64,000 nucleotides of DNA from an uncultured virus (IMG/VR IMGVR_UViG_2519103125_000002) (IMGVR_UViG_2519103125_000002:1-64000), one strand, 5' to 3'. Counted from the first letter of the stretch, positions 30,141 to 40,754 are shown. The notes: generated by a model not told the origin, from the sequence alone. Program-made: numbers and translations.

Positions 30141-30183
30141 TTCATCACCTACTTACGTAAAAGAAAAAAATGGAGAAGGCTTA

Positions 30184-31029
30184 TTAAGCCCCTCCACCTG
30201 GTTTTTCCGGAGTAATTGGTGTAACTGTAGCTGTGAGTACTGCTATTGACTCTTGACGAAGGATATCTCCACCATAAACCATAAGACCACGAATACCATC
30301 TGCAAAGGAATTTTGCAGACGTTGTGCCTCTGTTTCAGTTAACTGTGTCCCGTATCCAATGGCAGACTTATGAAGACCTAAAATTTTATACTTACCACCA
30401 GTACCGTGAATTTCTTCTGACACAACGATTTGTGATCCATTAATAATCTGTCCTTCAACAATACCATTTTCTAAAACAACAGGTTGCTTAGTAAAGCGAT
30501 CATCTTTAGATAATAAACCTAAAACCTGAGAATTGATGATTGTGAATCGTTCAGTTTTAGGAACCTTTTTAATATTTAAAATCGTATTTAAGTCTACAAT
30601 GTAATCATATGCATTTTTAGGTGATAACTCAATTGGACTAGAGTCACTCCCAATTGTATGAGTTTTATGAGCGCCTTTATAAAGCCCTAATACAAATGTA
30701 TCAACGGTTTCCTGAAGTACCGCTCCTGCCTCTTGTGTATGTGGGTCGATTAAATCTCCAGCAGCCTGAACTGCATCTACATCATCAACTTTGAAAGCAA
30801 AATACTTTTGTTGATCCATATTAATTTCTACTTTAGAAGGGTTGGTATCATCCCATTCGATTGTACCATTATAATCTTTTACATTTACTGCGCCTACACG
30901 ATTAAAGATAATCTTATTACCTTCGATTTTCGTTGGCGTTGTTGTAATTAAATCCGCAATAGAACGCTTGTGAAAGTTCGCCATCAAGCGCGCTTCCCAA
31001 ATTGTTGGAATAAAAGTTGATACTGACAT
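30184..31029 (-). CDS. Major capsid protein
   Basis: FIPTIWEARL..IN.DQQKYFAF.VDDVD; follows scaffold gene. Confidence 0.9.
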   Translation of the reverse strand: MSVSTFIPTIWEARLMANFHKRSIADLITTTPTKIEGNKIIFNRVGAVNVKDYNGTIEWDDTNPSKVEINMDQQKYFAFKVDDVDAVQAAGDLIDPHTQEAGAVLQETVDTFVLGLYKGAHKTHTIGSDSSPIELSPKNAYDYIVDLNTILNIKKVPKTERFTIINSQVLGLLSKDDRFTKQPVVLENGIVEGQIINGSQIVVSEEIHGTGGKYKILGLHKSAIGYGTQLTETEAQRLQNSFADGIRGLMVYGGDILRQESIAVLTATVTPITPEKPGGGA

Positions 31030-31146
31030 ATATTAATTCCTCCTTAATGTTTTTCCATAACAAAAGAGATCACTAAAATAGCAATCTCTTTTGTTCGTTT
31101 TATATTTTTTTGACTGTACCATTCAAATCACTTAACTTTCCTAGTG

Positions 31147-31878
31147 CTACTTACCCCAATTGCGCATATCCTTCTGAATTTGTGCCCAGTTCGCATTAAT
31201 TTCGGCTTGACTCATTGAATTTACTTGTTCTCTCGTAAATCCCCCTCCAGTTCCGCCACTAACATGGATTTCTCGGCCAGCAGCTTTAAACTTTTCAGCC
31301 ACTTTTACTTCTAATGCAGTAGAGAATAAATCATTAAACTTTGACACCCTAACTTTTGTATCTTCTACATCTGAACCAATAACAAAATCTACAAATTTAA
31401 GATCCAATCCAACCGCTGATAAACCATCTGATGCAACACTCTGCATTTCTTTCTGATGAAGTACTCTTTCTCGCTCTTCTAGTTGTTCCTGAAGTTGCTT
31501 CATCTCATATTCAGCTTTCTCTTGTGCAGTCATAGAAGCGGTTTTATAGTTCTCTAATTCCTTTTTTGTTGCATTCAGTTCTTTCGAATATTTAGAGCGC
31601 ACTCTATCTTCCGCTGATTGTACCATCTTCTCAATAAATGTTTTTGTTGCATCATCTAATTTCGGTTCTTTTTGTTCACCAACTGGCGGTTCTTTTTGCT
31701 CTTCAACTAGTGAATCTTTTATATCATCCGCAGGTGATGTTTGTTCATTCTGTAGTGTCTCATCTGCAGGTATTGCAGGATCAGAAAAGAATTGCAGATT
31801 TGATAAACGAAACGGTAACCTTGTTAGTTCTCTTTCTTTTAAAAACTGTACTTCCGCTTGCTTTTGTAATTGTTTCAT
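31147..31878 (-). CDS. Capsid scaffolding protein (DUF4355-like)
   Basis: NLQFFS motif, acidic linker, MTAQEKAEYE coiled coil. Confidence 0.85.
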   Translation of the reverse strand: MKQLQKQAEVQFLKERELTRLPFRLSNLQFFSDPAIPADETLQNEQTSPADDIKDSLVEEQKEPPVGEQKEPKLDDATKTFIEKMVQSAEDRVRSKYSKELNATKKELENYKTASMTAQEKAEYEMKQLQEQLEERERVLHQKEMQSVASDGLSAVGLDLKFVDFVIGSDVEDTKVRVSKFNDLFSTALEVKVAEKFKAAGREIHVSGGTGGGFTREQVNSMSQAEINANWAQIQKDMRNWGK

Positions 31879-31950
31879 TATTATTCCTCCTCTGAGTTCC
31901 TATGAATACACCCTATTTAGTTCGTATTTTATAAGCCCTCGTGTGTTTTA

Positions 31951-32868
31951 TTATTCAAGAGAGTCTTTCCATTCCTCGTAACTAACTGCGCTAATCACCT
32001 CATTCTTACCTGTAGTTGGGTTTCTGGCCCTTCTCTCAATGAATGAGCTAACATCCGCTACCTCAGTAATGAAAGTACAGCGGCATCGTACAACTTCTTT
32101 AGCAGGTAAATTACTATCATGTGGATATTCGCAACTATAACCACCGACTTTAAATAATCCTTTAAACGGTACTTTTTGATGATCTGCTGCTTGGTGAGTA
32201 GGACGCGTACGTTTATCTAATGTAGAAATCCAAATCTTCTTCATTGATACACCTTCATCAAAAGCGTGAGAAGCACTGTCATAAGTACCTAAGTTTTGCA
32301 CCCTAGCACTTTCTGTCCAAGCGACCATTTGGGCTTTCTTCGCATCACCATCAAGTATCGGCTTAATCCGATTTGCCATTGTTGCATATCCTTCGCCTTT
32401 TCTAAGACCGATAGATAACTCTCTGCGTATTCGGTTAACTATCTGTACTCGATGTGTACTTAACCTTTGATTGAGTGTCATTTTATCGATTGGCATTTGT
32501 ATCGCTCGTTTAATGACGTTCGGGTCAAGAAGACCATACGAAAGAGCCACGCCGACTTCTTTCTCGATAAGATAACTCGTATAATAAAAAGACTCTCCAT
32601 ACTGATTGGAGAGCGTTTCATTGAGAGTTTTCTTTTTCTCATATGTTATTTCATTAATAACGTGTTGCAGTTCACTTTGCATGCTCTTATATCGATTGAA
32701 TCAGCGCATTTCCTGCATACTCAACTGCTCATTTACGGCATATTTGGCATAATAAAAAGCCAGTATTCCTCTGACTTCTTCTAAAGCATGTTTATACAGG
32801 TAGAGAATTGCCTTTTCCAGTTTGTCCTCTATCTTTTGGAGGTGTTTCTGCTTCTTGTCCCATTCCAT
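31951..32868 (-). pseudogene. Minor head protein (SPP1 gp7/Mu gpF family) interrupted by in-frame TGA at 32701-32703
   Basis: ATG at 32868 (MEWDKKQKHL...MQEMR*FNRYKSMQSE) is in frame with ORF 31951..32682; WISTLDKRTRPTH..CRC motifs. Confidence 0.85.
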
Positions 32869-34219
32869 TAGGCTCACCTACCTTGTCGAGATTCATGGAA
32901 TCAGCCTCTTCTTCCTGCATCTTCTGTATCTCCGCTTTCGGATCAGAAACAACAGATAACATAGATAATCGTGTTTCTTCGCTTACTAAACCTTGGAGTT
33001 TAGACTGCACATCAGCTTCATCAGCTAAGTTAGCTGGAAGGTTTCGCGTGAATTGGAACGTCATACAAAGGTAGTCTAGCTCTCCTTTATTTGAGCGTAA
33101 GTTCCAAGCGTCAAACAATAACTTGAATTGTTGGCGCAGTGACTTAGTAAACTTCATTTCTAGCGTTCCTGATTTCGTTTCTAAAGCTAATAATTTATAA
33201 CGAATAGCAACACCAGTAAGGTTACCACCAAATGATTCATCAGAAAGGTTCACATGCTTTGTGAAACGGCATATATTCTTTTCTAATCTGTCGAGATGGT
33301 GTTCTAAGATGTTGTCATTAAGGTCCTTAGTTAAAAAAGAAGCCTCACCATTTTCACCTACATCAAGAGCTCCTGTTTGTTTTAGCTTCTCGATAGTATC
33401 ATCATCTATATCAACGCCTTTAAAGATCATATAAGCCAGACGAAACTGTTCAATTTCACTGTTTACATCGGAAAACGAACGGTCGTAACCTTCAATAAGT
33501 GATATAGCTTTATCTACATCTCCTTGTAATTCTTCATTATTAGGAAACCCAATAAGTGGCACACCTTTAAATAAGTTTGGAATACGGTCAGTCTCTGTTA
33601 ACTTATCTAAACCTTCACCAATGTACTCAATAATGTTTGTTTCATTGTAAAACTCTACTTTGTAACCATCCTTGAAATCATCACCATCAATTACTTTGAT
33701 TGGATAGCAGCGTATAGCGTATTTAGGTTCTGCAATACTTGAATTCGTAAGAAATATAGCTTCGTAAGGTTTGATATTCATAACCTTTTCGATACCTTCT
33801 TTATCGTGATACAGTAGTCTCGCTCCGTATCCACAAATAGAAGCGAACTTCCCTGTTTCTGCGTCAGCATCCTCAGTATGATTCGCTTTTAAAAAGTCCT
33901 GAATACGTTTCAATACTTCATCATCTTCATGATCTAAGCTGTATGAGATAGGCAACCCAAACATATAACCGATTTTTGTATCGATAATTTCAGAAAAGAA
34001 GTCATTGTTTAGCTTATTGTTAACCTTATCTTTATTACCATCACCTTTAAACTCGCGAGTAAAGATAGGCACACCCTTTTCACTTGCTTTGTATCGCTCG
34101 TACCTGTTAATCATGCGTTGTTTTAATGGTTCAAACTCATCAATAATTTTTTTTAGTAACTTTGATGTAGGCTCGCCATTTTGTTCATCAAGCAACGGAA
34201 TATAGTGTTCAAACATCAT
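32792..34219 (-). CDS. Portal protein, SPP1 gp6 type
   Basis: NNKL..IIDTK.GY..G.PI; GGNLTGVAIRYKL; FTRNLP. Confidence 0.95.
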   Translation of the reverse strand: MMFEHYIPLLDEQNGEPTSKLLKKIIDEFEPLKQRMINRYERYKASEKGVPIFTREFKGDGNKDKVNNKLNNDFFSEIIDTKIGYMFGLPISYSLDHEDDEVLKRIQDFLKANHTEDADAETGKFASICGYGARLLYHDKEGIEKVMNIKPYEAIFLTNSSIAEPKYAIRCYPIKVIDGDDFKDGYKVEFYNETNIIEYIGEGLDKLTETDRIPNLFKGVPLIGFPNNEELQGDVDKAISLIEGYDRSFSDVNSEIEQFRLAYMIFKGVDIDDDTIEKLKQTGALDVGENGEASFLTKDLNDNILEHHLDRLEKNICRFTKHVNLSDESFGGNLTGVAIRYKLLALETKSGTLEMKFTKSLRQQFKLLFDAWNLRSNKGELDYLCMTFQFTRNLPANLADEADVQSKLQGLVSEETRLSMLSVVSDPKAEIQKMQEEEADSMNLDKVGEPNGMGQEAETPPKDRGQTGKGNSLPV

Positions 34220-34228
34220 CTCACCTCC

Positions 34229-35503
34229 TTAATAGATTGACTTAACAGCCTTAGCTTTGTTATTAGTTACAACAACTGTATTTACAAAGTAACGATCACC
34301 ATCCATTTGGTGGTCATTCTCTTTATTTGGTTTATCTTCACCACGAGCTGTAGCTTTTTCATCCCAAGTATAAGAAGCGTATTCACGGAATGTTTCTTTA
34401 CAGCAGTCGTTGTATTTTATCTTCTCTTCATTAAGAAGTCGCGCTACATTTCTTATGCCATCTATAACTTCATTCTTAGCTTTAAGCACTTTGAATCGAT
34501 GCTTTTTCAATAAAGCAATAAATGAAGCTGCTGATGGGTCAACTATAATCCCGCGAATAGAAATATCTCCGATGAATTCTTTTAGGTCGTCAAGATACTC
34601 ATCATCTGTCTTTTGCCGTGAATTTTGACGACCATCATAATGGTACTCTTTTGTTTTGTACCATATACCTTTACACAATCCCCATAGTCCATATGTCATA
34701 GGGTTCTGTGTACCATAGTCACAAGATACATAATACTTCTCGTATTCTCTTTCTACTGTTTTTACAACATGCTTTTCTTTGTTAAACATGTCATATACAA
34801 TACCTTCTGCAAGCACCCATAAACCTAAAATGAAGCGTTGAAAGAAGACTCCACTATACATACGATAGTATCTTTGCTTCACTTTTTCAGATAAAGAAAG
34901 ATTATCGTCCATTGTAAAATGAATATGTAGCAGGTTCTTGTCTTCCTTATTATCTATCCATTCAAGTTTGAACCAATGATACGGGCCGGCAGGGTTACAG
35001 TTAAACCAATACTTTGAGCCTTCAATAGAACAACGTCCTGTCGCTTGGTTCACAAAGCTTTGTGGCATAAGAGCAACTTCATCAAAAAACATACCAGCTA
35101 ATGTAATACCTTGGATAAGTTCTTGTGATGATTCGTCCTTACCACCAAATATATAGAAATGATTCGTATGGCCATCTTTACTAATGGTAAGCATGTTCTC
35201 TGATAGATGGTCTTTCACTTTATATTTACGTGATTTTAACATCTTTTTTAATGGAGTAATTACGTTGCGTCGCAGTGATCCAATTGTTTTACCTGCCATA
35301 CCTAGGTTTTCACCATTAAATGTTTCAGTTCCCCACATAACATAAGAAAGAGCCATCGAAACAGTTTTGCCAGCACGAATAGAACCATCGCATATAATGC
35401 CGTCATGGTCCTTCACAGGTGAATCTTTTCTCCACCAAGTGAGTACTTGTAATTGTTTCTTTGAGAATGGTCTAAATTTAAAAGGGGCAGGTTTAAGTTT
35501 CAT
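34229..35503 (-). CDS. terL: Terminase large subunit, PBSX family
   Basis: DGSIRAGKT, FFDEVAL, NCNPAGP.HW, DYGTQNP, DHQMDGDRY. Confidence 0.95.
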   Translation of the reverse strand: MKLKPAPFKFRPFSKKQLQVLTWWRKDSPVKDHDGIICDGSIRAGKTVSMALSYVMWGTETFNGENLGMAGKTIGSLRRNVITPLKKMLKSRKYKVKDHLSENMLTISKDGHTNHFYIFGGKDESSQELIQGITLAGMFFDEVALMPQSFVNQATGRCSIEGSKYWFNCNPAGPYHWFKLEWIDNKEDKNLLHIHFTMDDNLSLSEKVKQRYYRMYSGVFFQRFILGLWVLAEGIVYDMFNKEKHVVKTVEREYEKYYVSCDYGTQNPMTYGLWGLCKGIWYKTKEYHYDGRQNSRQKTDDEYLDDLKEFIGDISIRGIIVDPSAASFIALLKKHRFKVLKAKNEVIDGIRNVARLLNEEKIKYNDCCKETFREYASYTWDEKATARGEDKPNKENDHQMDGDRYFVNTVVVTNNKAKAVKSIY

Positions 35504-36407
35504 CTTCCCACACCTCTGCTGTTTTACCTTCTAACGCATCGATGAAACCGTCATCTTCATACTCTTCACCTTCATCACCTTTAATACGAGAAGTATCTGC
35601 TTTAATTTTATCAATTTGAGCTTTCTGCACTTCCATCTGCATTTTGTGGCGTTCTTCTTCGATTTTACGTTTGAAATTATCAGGTACTAAGTCAAAGTAC
35701 TGAGATAGTTTGTCCAGTGCTTTCATCTTGTCAGCAAGTTTTACTGACACGCCATCTTTTCCGAGTTTTACTTCGGTTATTATAGAACCATCAACCATGC
35801 CAGCCTCGTGTAAATCTACATAATTTATGATACGAGTTATTTCTTTACCGGATTCATCTTTCATCGGGCCAAACATCCCCATTACAGGTACTTCCTTCTG
35901 TCCAAAGGTTACATAGTTAGTAATATCAGCAAAAGCAATCTTAATGTACTCTTTAAGCACATCCATCGCTTCCACAAATACATTCTCGATTAACTCACCT
36001 TTAAGCTCTTTTATATAGGAAGAAACTCGTTCACGTCTTAGCAATCGACTAGCCTGTACATGAGCGCCGTCTTTGGAGTATCCAGCCTTCAGTGCAGCTT
36101 GTGTACCATTGAAGTATTTCACATAATACAAACAAAAGAGCCTTTCCTTTTCGGTCAACTCTTCATCTTCTAAAATCTCTTTCAGTTTTTCTTTCGTTTT
36201 GGGATTTTTAACATTAGTAACGCTCCTTTTCGCAATAGTAACGTTACCATTCATTTGTTCATCCCATTTGTCTTGTGATTTCCACTTTCTGATTTGCGAA
36301 GGCTTAAGGTTTAACTCAGCAGCAATATCAATTAATGGCTTCTCACCTTTACTTACTTTATATATTTCAAATGCTTTATCTCTGTCCGGGCTACGTTGTC
36401 TAGCCAT
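35493..36407 (-). CDS. terS: Terminase small subunit with N-terminal HTH
   Basis: MARQRSPDRDKA..IRKWKSQDKW; LTEKERLFC..FNGTQAALKAGYS. Confidence 0.9.
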   Translation of the reverse strand: MARQRSPDRDKAFEIYKVSKGEKPLIDIAAELNLKPSQIRKWKSQDKWDEQMNGNVTIAKRSVTNVKNPKTKEKLKEILEDEELTEKERLFCLYYVKYFNGTQAALKAGYSKDGAHVQASRLLRRERVSSYIKELKGELIENVFVEAMDVLKEYIKIAFADITNYVTFGQKEVPVMGMFGPMKDESGKEITRIINYVDLHEAGMVDGSIITEVKLGKDGVSVKLADKMKALDKLSQYFDLVPDNFKRKIEEERHKMQMEVQKAQIDKIKADTSRIKGDEGEEYEDDGFIDALEGKTAEVWEDET

Positions 36408-36441
36408 AACCACCACCTCACGATAGGCTCTATTAGTTTTT

Positions 36442-36654
36442 TTAAGCTTTTAGAAATTCATTCATTGTTTTATCGAGCAAACTAACCATTGCTTCTCTCT
36501 TTTGCTTTGGTGTTGTGTTATCTTCTAACTCATTAAAGATTGGAATTACACTTTCTAATTTCTGTTTATCGATGCGCTCATTTACAAGGTCCTGTCCCAA
36601 CATCGAAATGAATGTACCAATTGCAACCGCTTGTTCTTGTTTAGTTAGTTTCAT
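36442..36654 (-). CDS. Hypothetical phage protein
   Basis: ORF with GGAGG RBS upstream of terS. Confidence 0.7.
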   Translation of the reverse strand: MKLTKQEQAVAIGTFISMLGQDLVNERIDKQKLESVIPIFNELEDNTTPKQKREAMVSLLDKTMNEFLKA

Positions 36655-36879
36655 TATTCATCATCCTCCAAAATCACTCTAATTTATTCTTGAAATTCTC
36701 TAAAACTCGATGTATTATATTTTTGTGTTTTTCTCAGTTCCCAAGCCGAGAATACATCATCACTTCTGAAAGGACCCGAACTCTAGCGGGTTCTTTCTCT
36801 TATTCCTCTCCTTGTAAATCTATTTATTTAAATGTAAAATTATAAATAAGTTCTAACATTTTGAATCGAGGTGAAAATC

Positions 36880-37077
36880 ATGAGAAGTTTTGGCTCATTA
36901 ATGGTCTCTACTGTCTGCTCAGTACTTCTTGTAATTTGGAATGCCTATGAATTCTATAACGGATTCACAACAGGGCGCACGTACTACTGGATTAATGGCA
37001 TCGGAGCTGTTATCTTCCTTCTATTCTTTATCCTCAACATGCGAGATTTCAAAAAGAAAAACTACAGAACCTCATAA
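36880..37077 (+). CDS. Small two-TM membrane protein (moron)
   Basis: GAGGTG RBS; two hydrophobic segments. Confidence 0.7.
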   Translation: MRSFGSLMVSTVCSVLLVIWNAYEFYNGFTTGRTYYWINGIGAVIFLLFFILNMRDFKKKNYRTS

Positions 37078-37095
37078 CAATAGGAGTTGATACAT

Positions 37096-37317
37096 ATGTG
37101 GAAAAAGATTAATAATTATAAGTTTCATCTAAAAGATTTGAAATTTATGACTTGGCTATTTCCAATTGTCGGTTTGTTATATGCCTATGAATTCTTTTCT
37201 GGGCTAATGTACCACCAGGAGGTTCGTTGGCTTAAGTTAATATGCATGGCAATAATGATTATAGGATTCATCGATATTAGAAAAAAGCTTAAAAACAAAG
37301 ATTATAGAGTGGCTTAA
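37096..37317 (+). CDS. Small two-TM membrane protein (moron; paralog of previous gene)
   Basis: Shares AYEF..G...W and C-terminal KxKxYR with 36880..37077. Confidence 0.7.
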   Translation: MWKKINNYKFHLKDLKFMTWLFPIVGLLYAYEFFSGLMYHQEVRWLKLICMAIMIIGFIDIRKKLKNKDYRVA

Positions 37318-37508
37318 ATCACCAAACACTCTTGAACTCATTTTCGAATCATTGTATTATATTTTCGGGTCTTACTTCATAAATCATTATCAGGAGAATC
37401 TGCAGGTTTGCAGGTTCTTTTTTTATAAAATAAAAAAGCAGCGGATTCGCTACTTTAACTGATTACTTATATTTCAAAATTCCTGCCGTAGCTGTTCATA
37501 TTCCTCCA

Positions 37509-38084
37509 TCATAATCCCTCCTCTTTTAATTCTTTCGCTTTAGCATAAAGAGTAGAACGCGGAACTCCCGTCATTTTTGAAATATCATTTACACTCAAAC
37601 CATTCTCTTTCCTATTAAAGAATAAGTTCATAGCCTGCTTCACCTGTTTTTCATCCTGCCCCTTACGCCCCATATGTTTGCCCATTGCTTTAGCTCTTTC
37701 TCTTCCTTCAGCTGTTCTTTCGTTAATTAAATCCCTTTCAAACTCAGCAATAGCCCCTAGCATAGTAAACATCAATTTACCTGCAGGCGTTGAAAAATCA
37801 ATTTGTTCTTTAAGAAACACCACCGCTATTCCTCGATCAGCTAATTGATTTACAATCTTATGCAAATCAAATATTGATCTGGCTAAACGATCTATTTTAC
37901 AAACAACAAATTTATCCCCTTCTCTCATATACTCTAATGCCTTTTGCAATTCTTCCCGATCACTATTAGCTCCACTGTACTTTTCAGAATATATCTTTTC
38001 ACATCCATATTCTGTTAACCTTTCAATTTGTGCATCTAAGTTTTGATCTTTTGTACTCACCCTTGCATAACCAACGATAGCCAT
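37509..38084 (-). CDS. Serine recombinase (resolvase/invertase)
   Basis: GYARVST.DQNLD.Q, DRLARS, AEFERDLI.ERT..G, C-terminal HTH. Confidence 0.95.
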   Translation of the reverse strand: MAIVGYARVSTKDQNLDAQIERLTEYGCEKIYSEKYSGANSDREELQKALEYMREGDKFVVCKIDRLARSIFDLHKIVNQLADRGIAVVFLKEQIDFSTPAGKLMFTMLGAIAEFERDLINERTAEGRERAKAMGKHMGRKGQDEKQVKQAMNLFFNRKENGLSVNDISKMTGVPRSTLYAKAKELKEEGL

Positions 38085-38099
38085 CCAAATCACCTCAAA

Positions 38100-38226
38100 A
38101 TAGTCTAAAAGTCTTAAGAATTATATACTTTCATTTTAGACTATCTTTTAGACATTAACAACTATCTGTTTACAAAGTTTTTACCCTATACATTTCAACT
38201 GTACAAAAGGGTCAACTTTTAGACAG
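38100..38226. promoter_or_regulatory. Putative res site
   Basis: Inverted repeats ATAGTCTAAAA...TTTTAGACTAT and TGTACAAAAG...CTTTTAGACA just upstream of the resolvase. Confidence 0.6.
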
Positions 38227-38375
38227 GTACGCAGGACATTTCTTTTCGTTCGTTGTGTTCGCTTGTTTTGTAAAATGTTAAATCCAATTGAAACTGCGTC
38301 CTTCGGGTTAATAAGTACTAATTAAAAACATAACAAAAAAGAGTGCGTTTTTTCATCGCACTCTTTCAAAAGGCT

Positions 38376-38582
38376 TTACCAATCTCGATGCTCACCATGT
38401 TCATGCTCACGATCGCGGTCATGATTACGTCTACGACGACACTCATCACAATCGCAGTCACGTCTACAATGACAGTCGTTAAAATCGTTTCTTCTTCGTC
38501 TACGGCCGCAACCGCAAAATACTAAATCATCCCAAAATCTATTACAATCTCTAGAATGTCCAAAATTATTATCCCATCCCAT
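38376..38582 (-). CDS. Small Cys/Arg/His-rich protein, spore-coat-like
   Basis: FCGCGRRRRR..CHCRRDCDCDEC; GAGGAGG RBS; CATAGAATA sporulation-type -10. Confidence 0.65.
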   Translation of the reverse strand: MGWDNNFGHSRDCNRFWDDLVFCGCGRRRRRNDFNDCHCRRDCDCDECRRRRNHDRDREHEHGEHRDW

Positions 38583-38800
38583 AGATATGATTCCCTCCTC
38601 TAAAAATAGAATTCATCATATTCTATGATTAAAAGGTAAAAATAGTTTGTTTACTAGTCTATGTTTCAAACTAATAATATTTCAATTTGCAAGTCTATCT
38701 CACGTCTTATCTTTCCTTAACAACAAACAAGACGCCACCCAGATCACGGTAGCGCCTACGATAATTGTTATAAACTTAATCAAATTTATTTATCCTCACA

Positions 38801-38992
38801 TTATTTATTTCTTTGTTTCCATACCCCATTCTCTTTACGATAAGTATTCTTGCCATCCATGAATTCAGCTGTCTTACCCGGAATGTTATATTTCTTATTC
38901 TTTTTCTTAGCCTTCTTCTTCAGCCTTTTCTCTTCTTGAACAGCTTGCAAATCCGCCTTCCATTGTTTCAACAAATCCTTTTCACGTCGCAT
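38801..38992 (-). CDS. Small basic hypothetical protein
   Basis: 63-aa Lys-rich ORF with AAGGGG RBS. Confidence 0.6.
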   Translation of the reverse strand: MRREKDLLKQWKADLQAVQEEKRLKKKAKKKNKKYNIPGKTAEFMDGKNTYRKENGVWKQRNK

Positions 38993-39176
38993 CGAATTTG
39001 TACCCCTTGGATTAAAATGTGAACCAAATAATTAGATTCTACCTATTTATGTAGAATCCTTTAATCCGAATGTATATTTTTTCCATACTCTCGTTTAGCA
39101 TGTACCAATTTCTGTTTTTTCTTCTATATAGACCGACGATATATTATAATCCTCTATATACCCAAGGAGGTTTACC

Positions 39177-39275
39177 ATGCTTAAATTTCATAAAACATTC
39201 CCCATCTTAGGATTCTTTTGGTTTTTATACGGTTTCATCGGTCTCGTCTTTTTATTACTATTCCTTAACGTGTAG
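39177..39275 (+). CDS. 32-aa single-TM peptide (not in ORF track)
   Basis: MLKFHKTFPILGFFWFLYGFIGLVFLLLFLNV; AAGGAGG RBS; TATAAT at 39145. Confidence 0.6.
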   Translation: MLKFHKTFPILGFFWFLYGFIGLVFLLLFLNV

Positions 39276-39357
39276 TAACCATGCATGTAAACATATCTTT
39301 AATGTGTAATTTCTATATAACAAAGAAAAAAGCACCCGTTATGGATGCTTTACTTGT

Positions 39358-39696
39358 TTATTCAGTTGTAGCTTTATCTAAATCTTTCCAATCAGTAATT
39401 AATATTTTTCCAGACACATTTTTTGATTGGATAATTAGTATTTGTTCTTCTTCTAATTCATTTACAAATGTATTACCTGCATCCCATATCCATTTGTATA
39501 TAGATGCTTCTTCTTCTGATTGCAGGATAAATACTCGTCCTAACGCAACAGTCAATCCTAGTCTAAGGATACGTTTTGAATTCTTATAAAAGTCTACATA
39601 GTAACCTACAGAGTCATAAGGAAAACCCTCTCCAAAAGTACCTATCTTTCCTTTTATGTCTTCATTTTCATAGCTCCATTTATTAACCCCTATCAT
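39358..39696 (-). CDS. Hypothetical moron protein
   Basis: GAGGTG RBS; own terminator at ~39330-39350; 0A-box TGTCGAA in leader. Confidence 0.65.
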   Translation of the reverse strand: MIGVNKWSYENEDIKGKIGTFGEGFPYDSVGYYVDFYKNSKRILRLGLTVALGRVFILQSEEEASIYKWIWDAGNTFVNELEEEQILIIQSKNVSGKILITDWKDLDKATTE

Positions 39697-39756
39697 TTTC
39701 TCACCTCTCTTCCTTCATTCTATCTATTCGACAGAATAAAAGAATATCCTACAAAA

Positions 39757-40555
39757 TAAAAAGCTATCACCGAAGTGACAGCTTTCAAGGGGATGGGAGA
39801 AAAGAGAGAAAACAAATGGCAAAAGTTTCTCTTAGATCAAGGCTGATACTCTCAACCTTCTCCAAGCCACCGCATCATATAATTTTTTAGCCCTTATTAG
39901 CTACGCGCCTTACGTTCGGTGGCTAGGAGAAGACTAAGAATCTTCTCGTTTATACTCCGTAGAGCTGATCAATACATCGGCTGTCACAGGCTCTTAGCTG
40001 ACCAATATCGAATTATAAAGGATTTATATCCAAGACGTACATATTTCTTCCGACGCCTTGTTTGAACCAATACACTAGAGGTACGGAAGGGGAATGTTTC
40101 CGCTGTATTGGCTCAAACAAAGAGTGGAACTCTTTGCCCTCGTTTTGGTCATTAATAAGAATCATGGTTAATTACTAATGTACGAGATACGTATACTTTT
40201 TAGCTTTTAGAATGCAAGTGTCACTCAATCATGAGCAACCACCCCCATTCCATTTTCAAGAACCGACATATTAGAGGGAAATAGACTTATATTTATTATC
40301 AACCCAGAGGACGCATTCCGAGCTGATTGATAAATACAATAGAAACAGCATGACAAATGCGAGTTATCTCACACCCGCCATACTGAAATATGTCATTGTT
40401 ATACATTCATTGGTCTTTTCGTCTTAACGCGGGTTCGTACCGCCTTGCCCGCCCTACTATGCGGTATACGTTACCGTGACATTCTCGCATAAGAACGTTT
40501 CACTTATAGGTGTACTAATCCTCTTCGATATGCGGTTGTCAAAGGGCTTGTACAT
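39757..40555 (-). ncRNA. Putative ~800-nt structured late-leader RNA
   Basis: ORF-free, several long stems, ends in AAAGCTGTCACTTCGGTGATAGCTTTTT terminator; downstream of arpU. Confidence 0.5.
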
Positions 40556-40754
40556 TAAGAATACCGTTGATTTCATTATCAAAATTCCCCCTATTTAGTC
40601 CCCATTTTTGTCGGTATTTTGTCGAAGTTTTTAAAAACATAAACATTCCAATTTATTATATTTTTTCTTTTTTTGATAATATATGTATCCAGTTCAGGTA
40701 ATAATATCATATAATTAAGCTATTATAATTTTATAAAAGCAAGGATGGTTAGAC

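Noticed and set aside
37509..38084. Serine recombinase as phage integrase or tail-fibre invertase
   Set aside because: Only 191 aa with resolvase-type HTH, no large recombinase domain, and no invertible tail cassette nearby
39757..40555. tRNA genes in the late-leader region
   Set aside because: No convincing cloverleaf with T-loop GTTCRA and acceptor stem found by eye; tRNAscan-SE would be needed to exclude them
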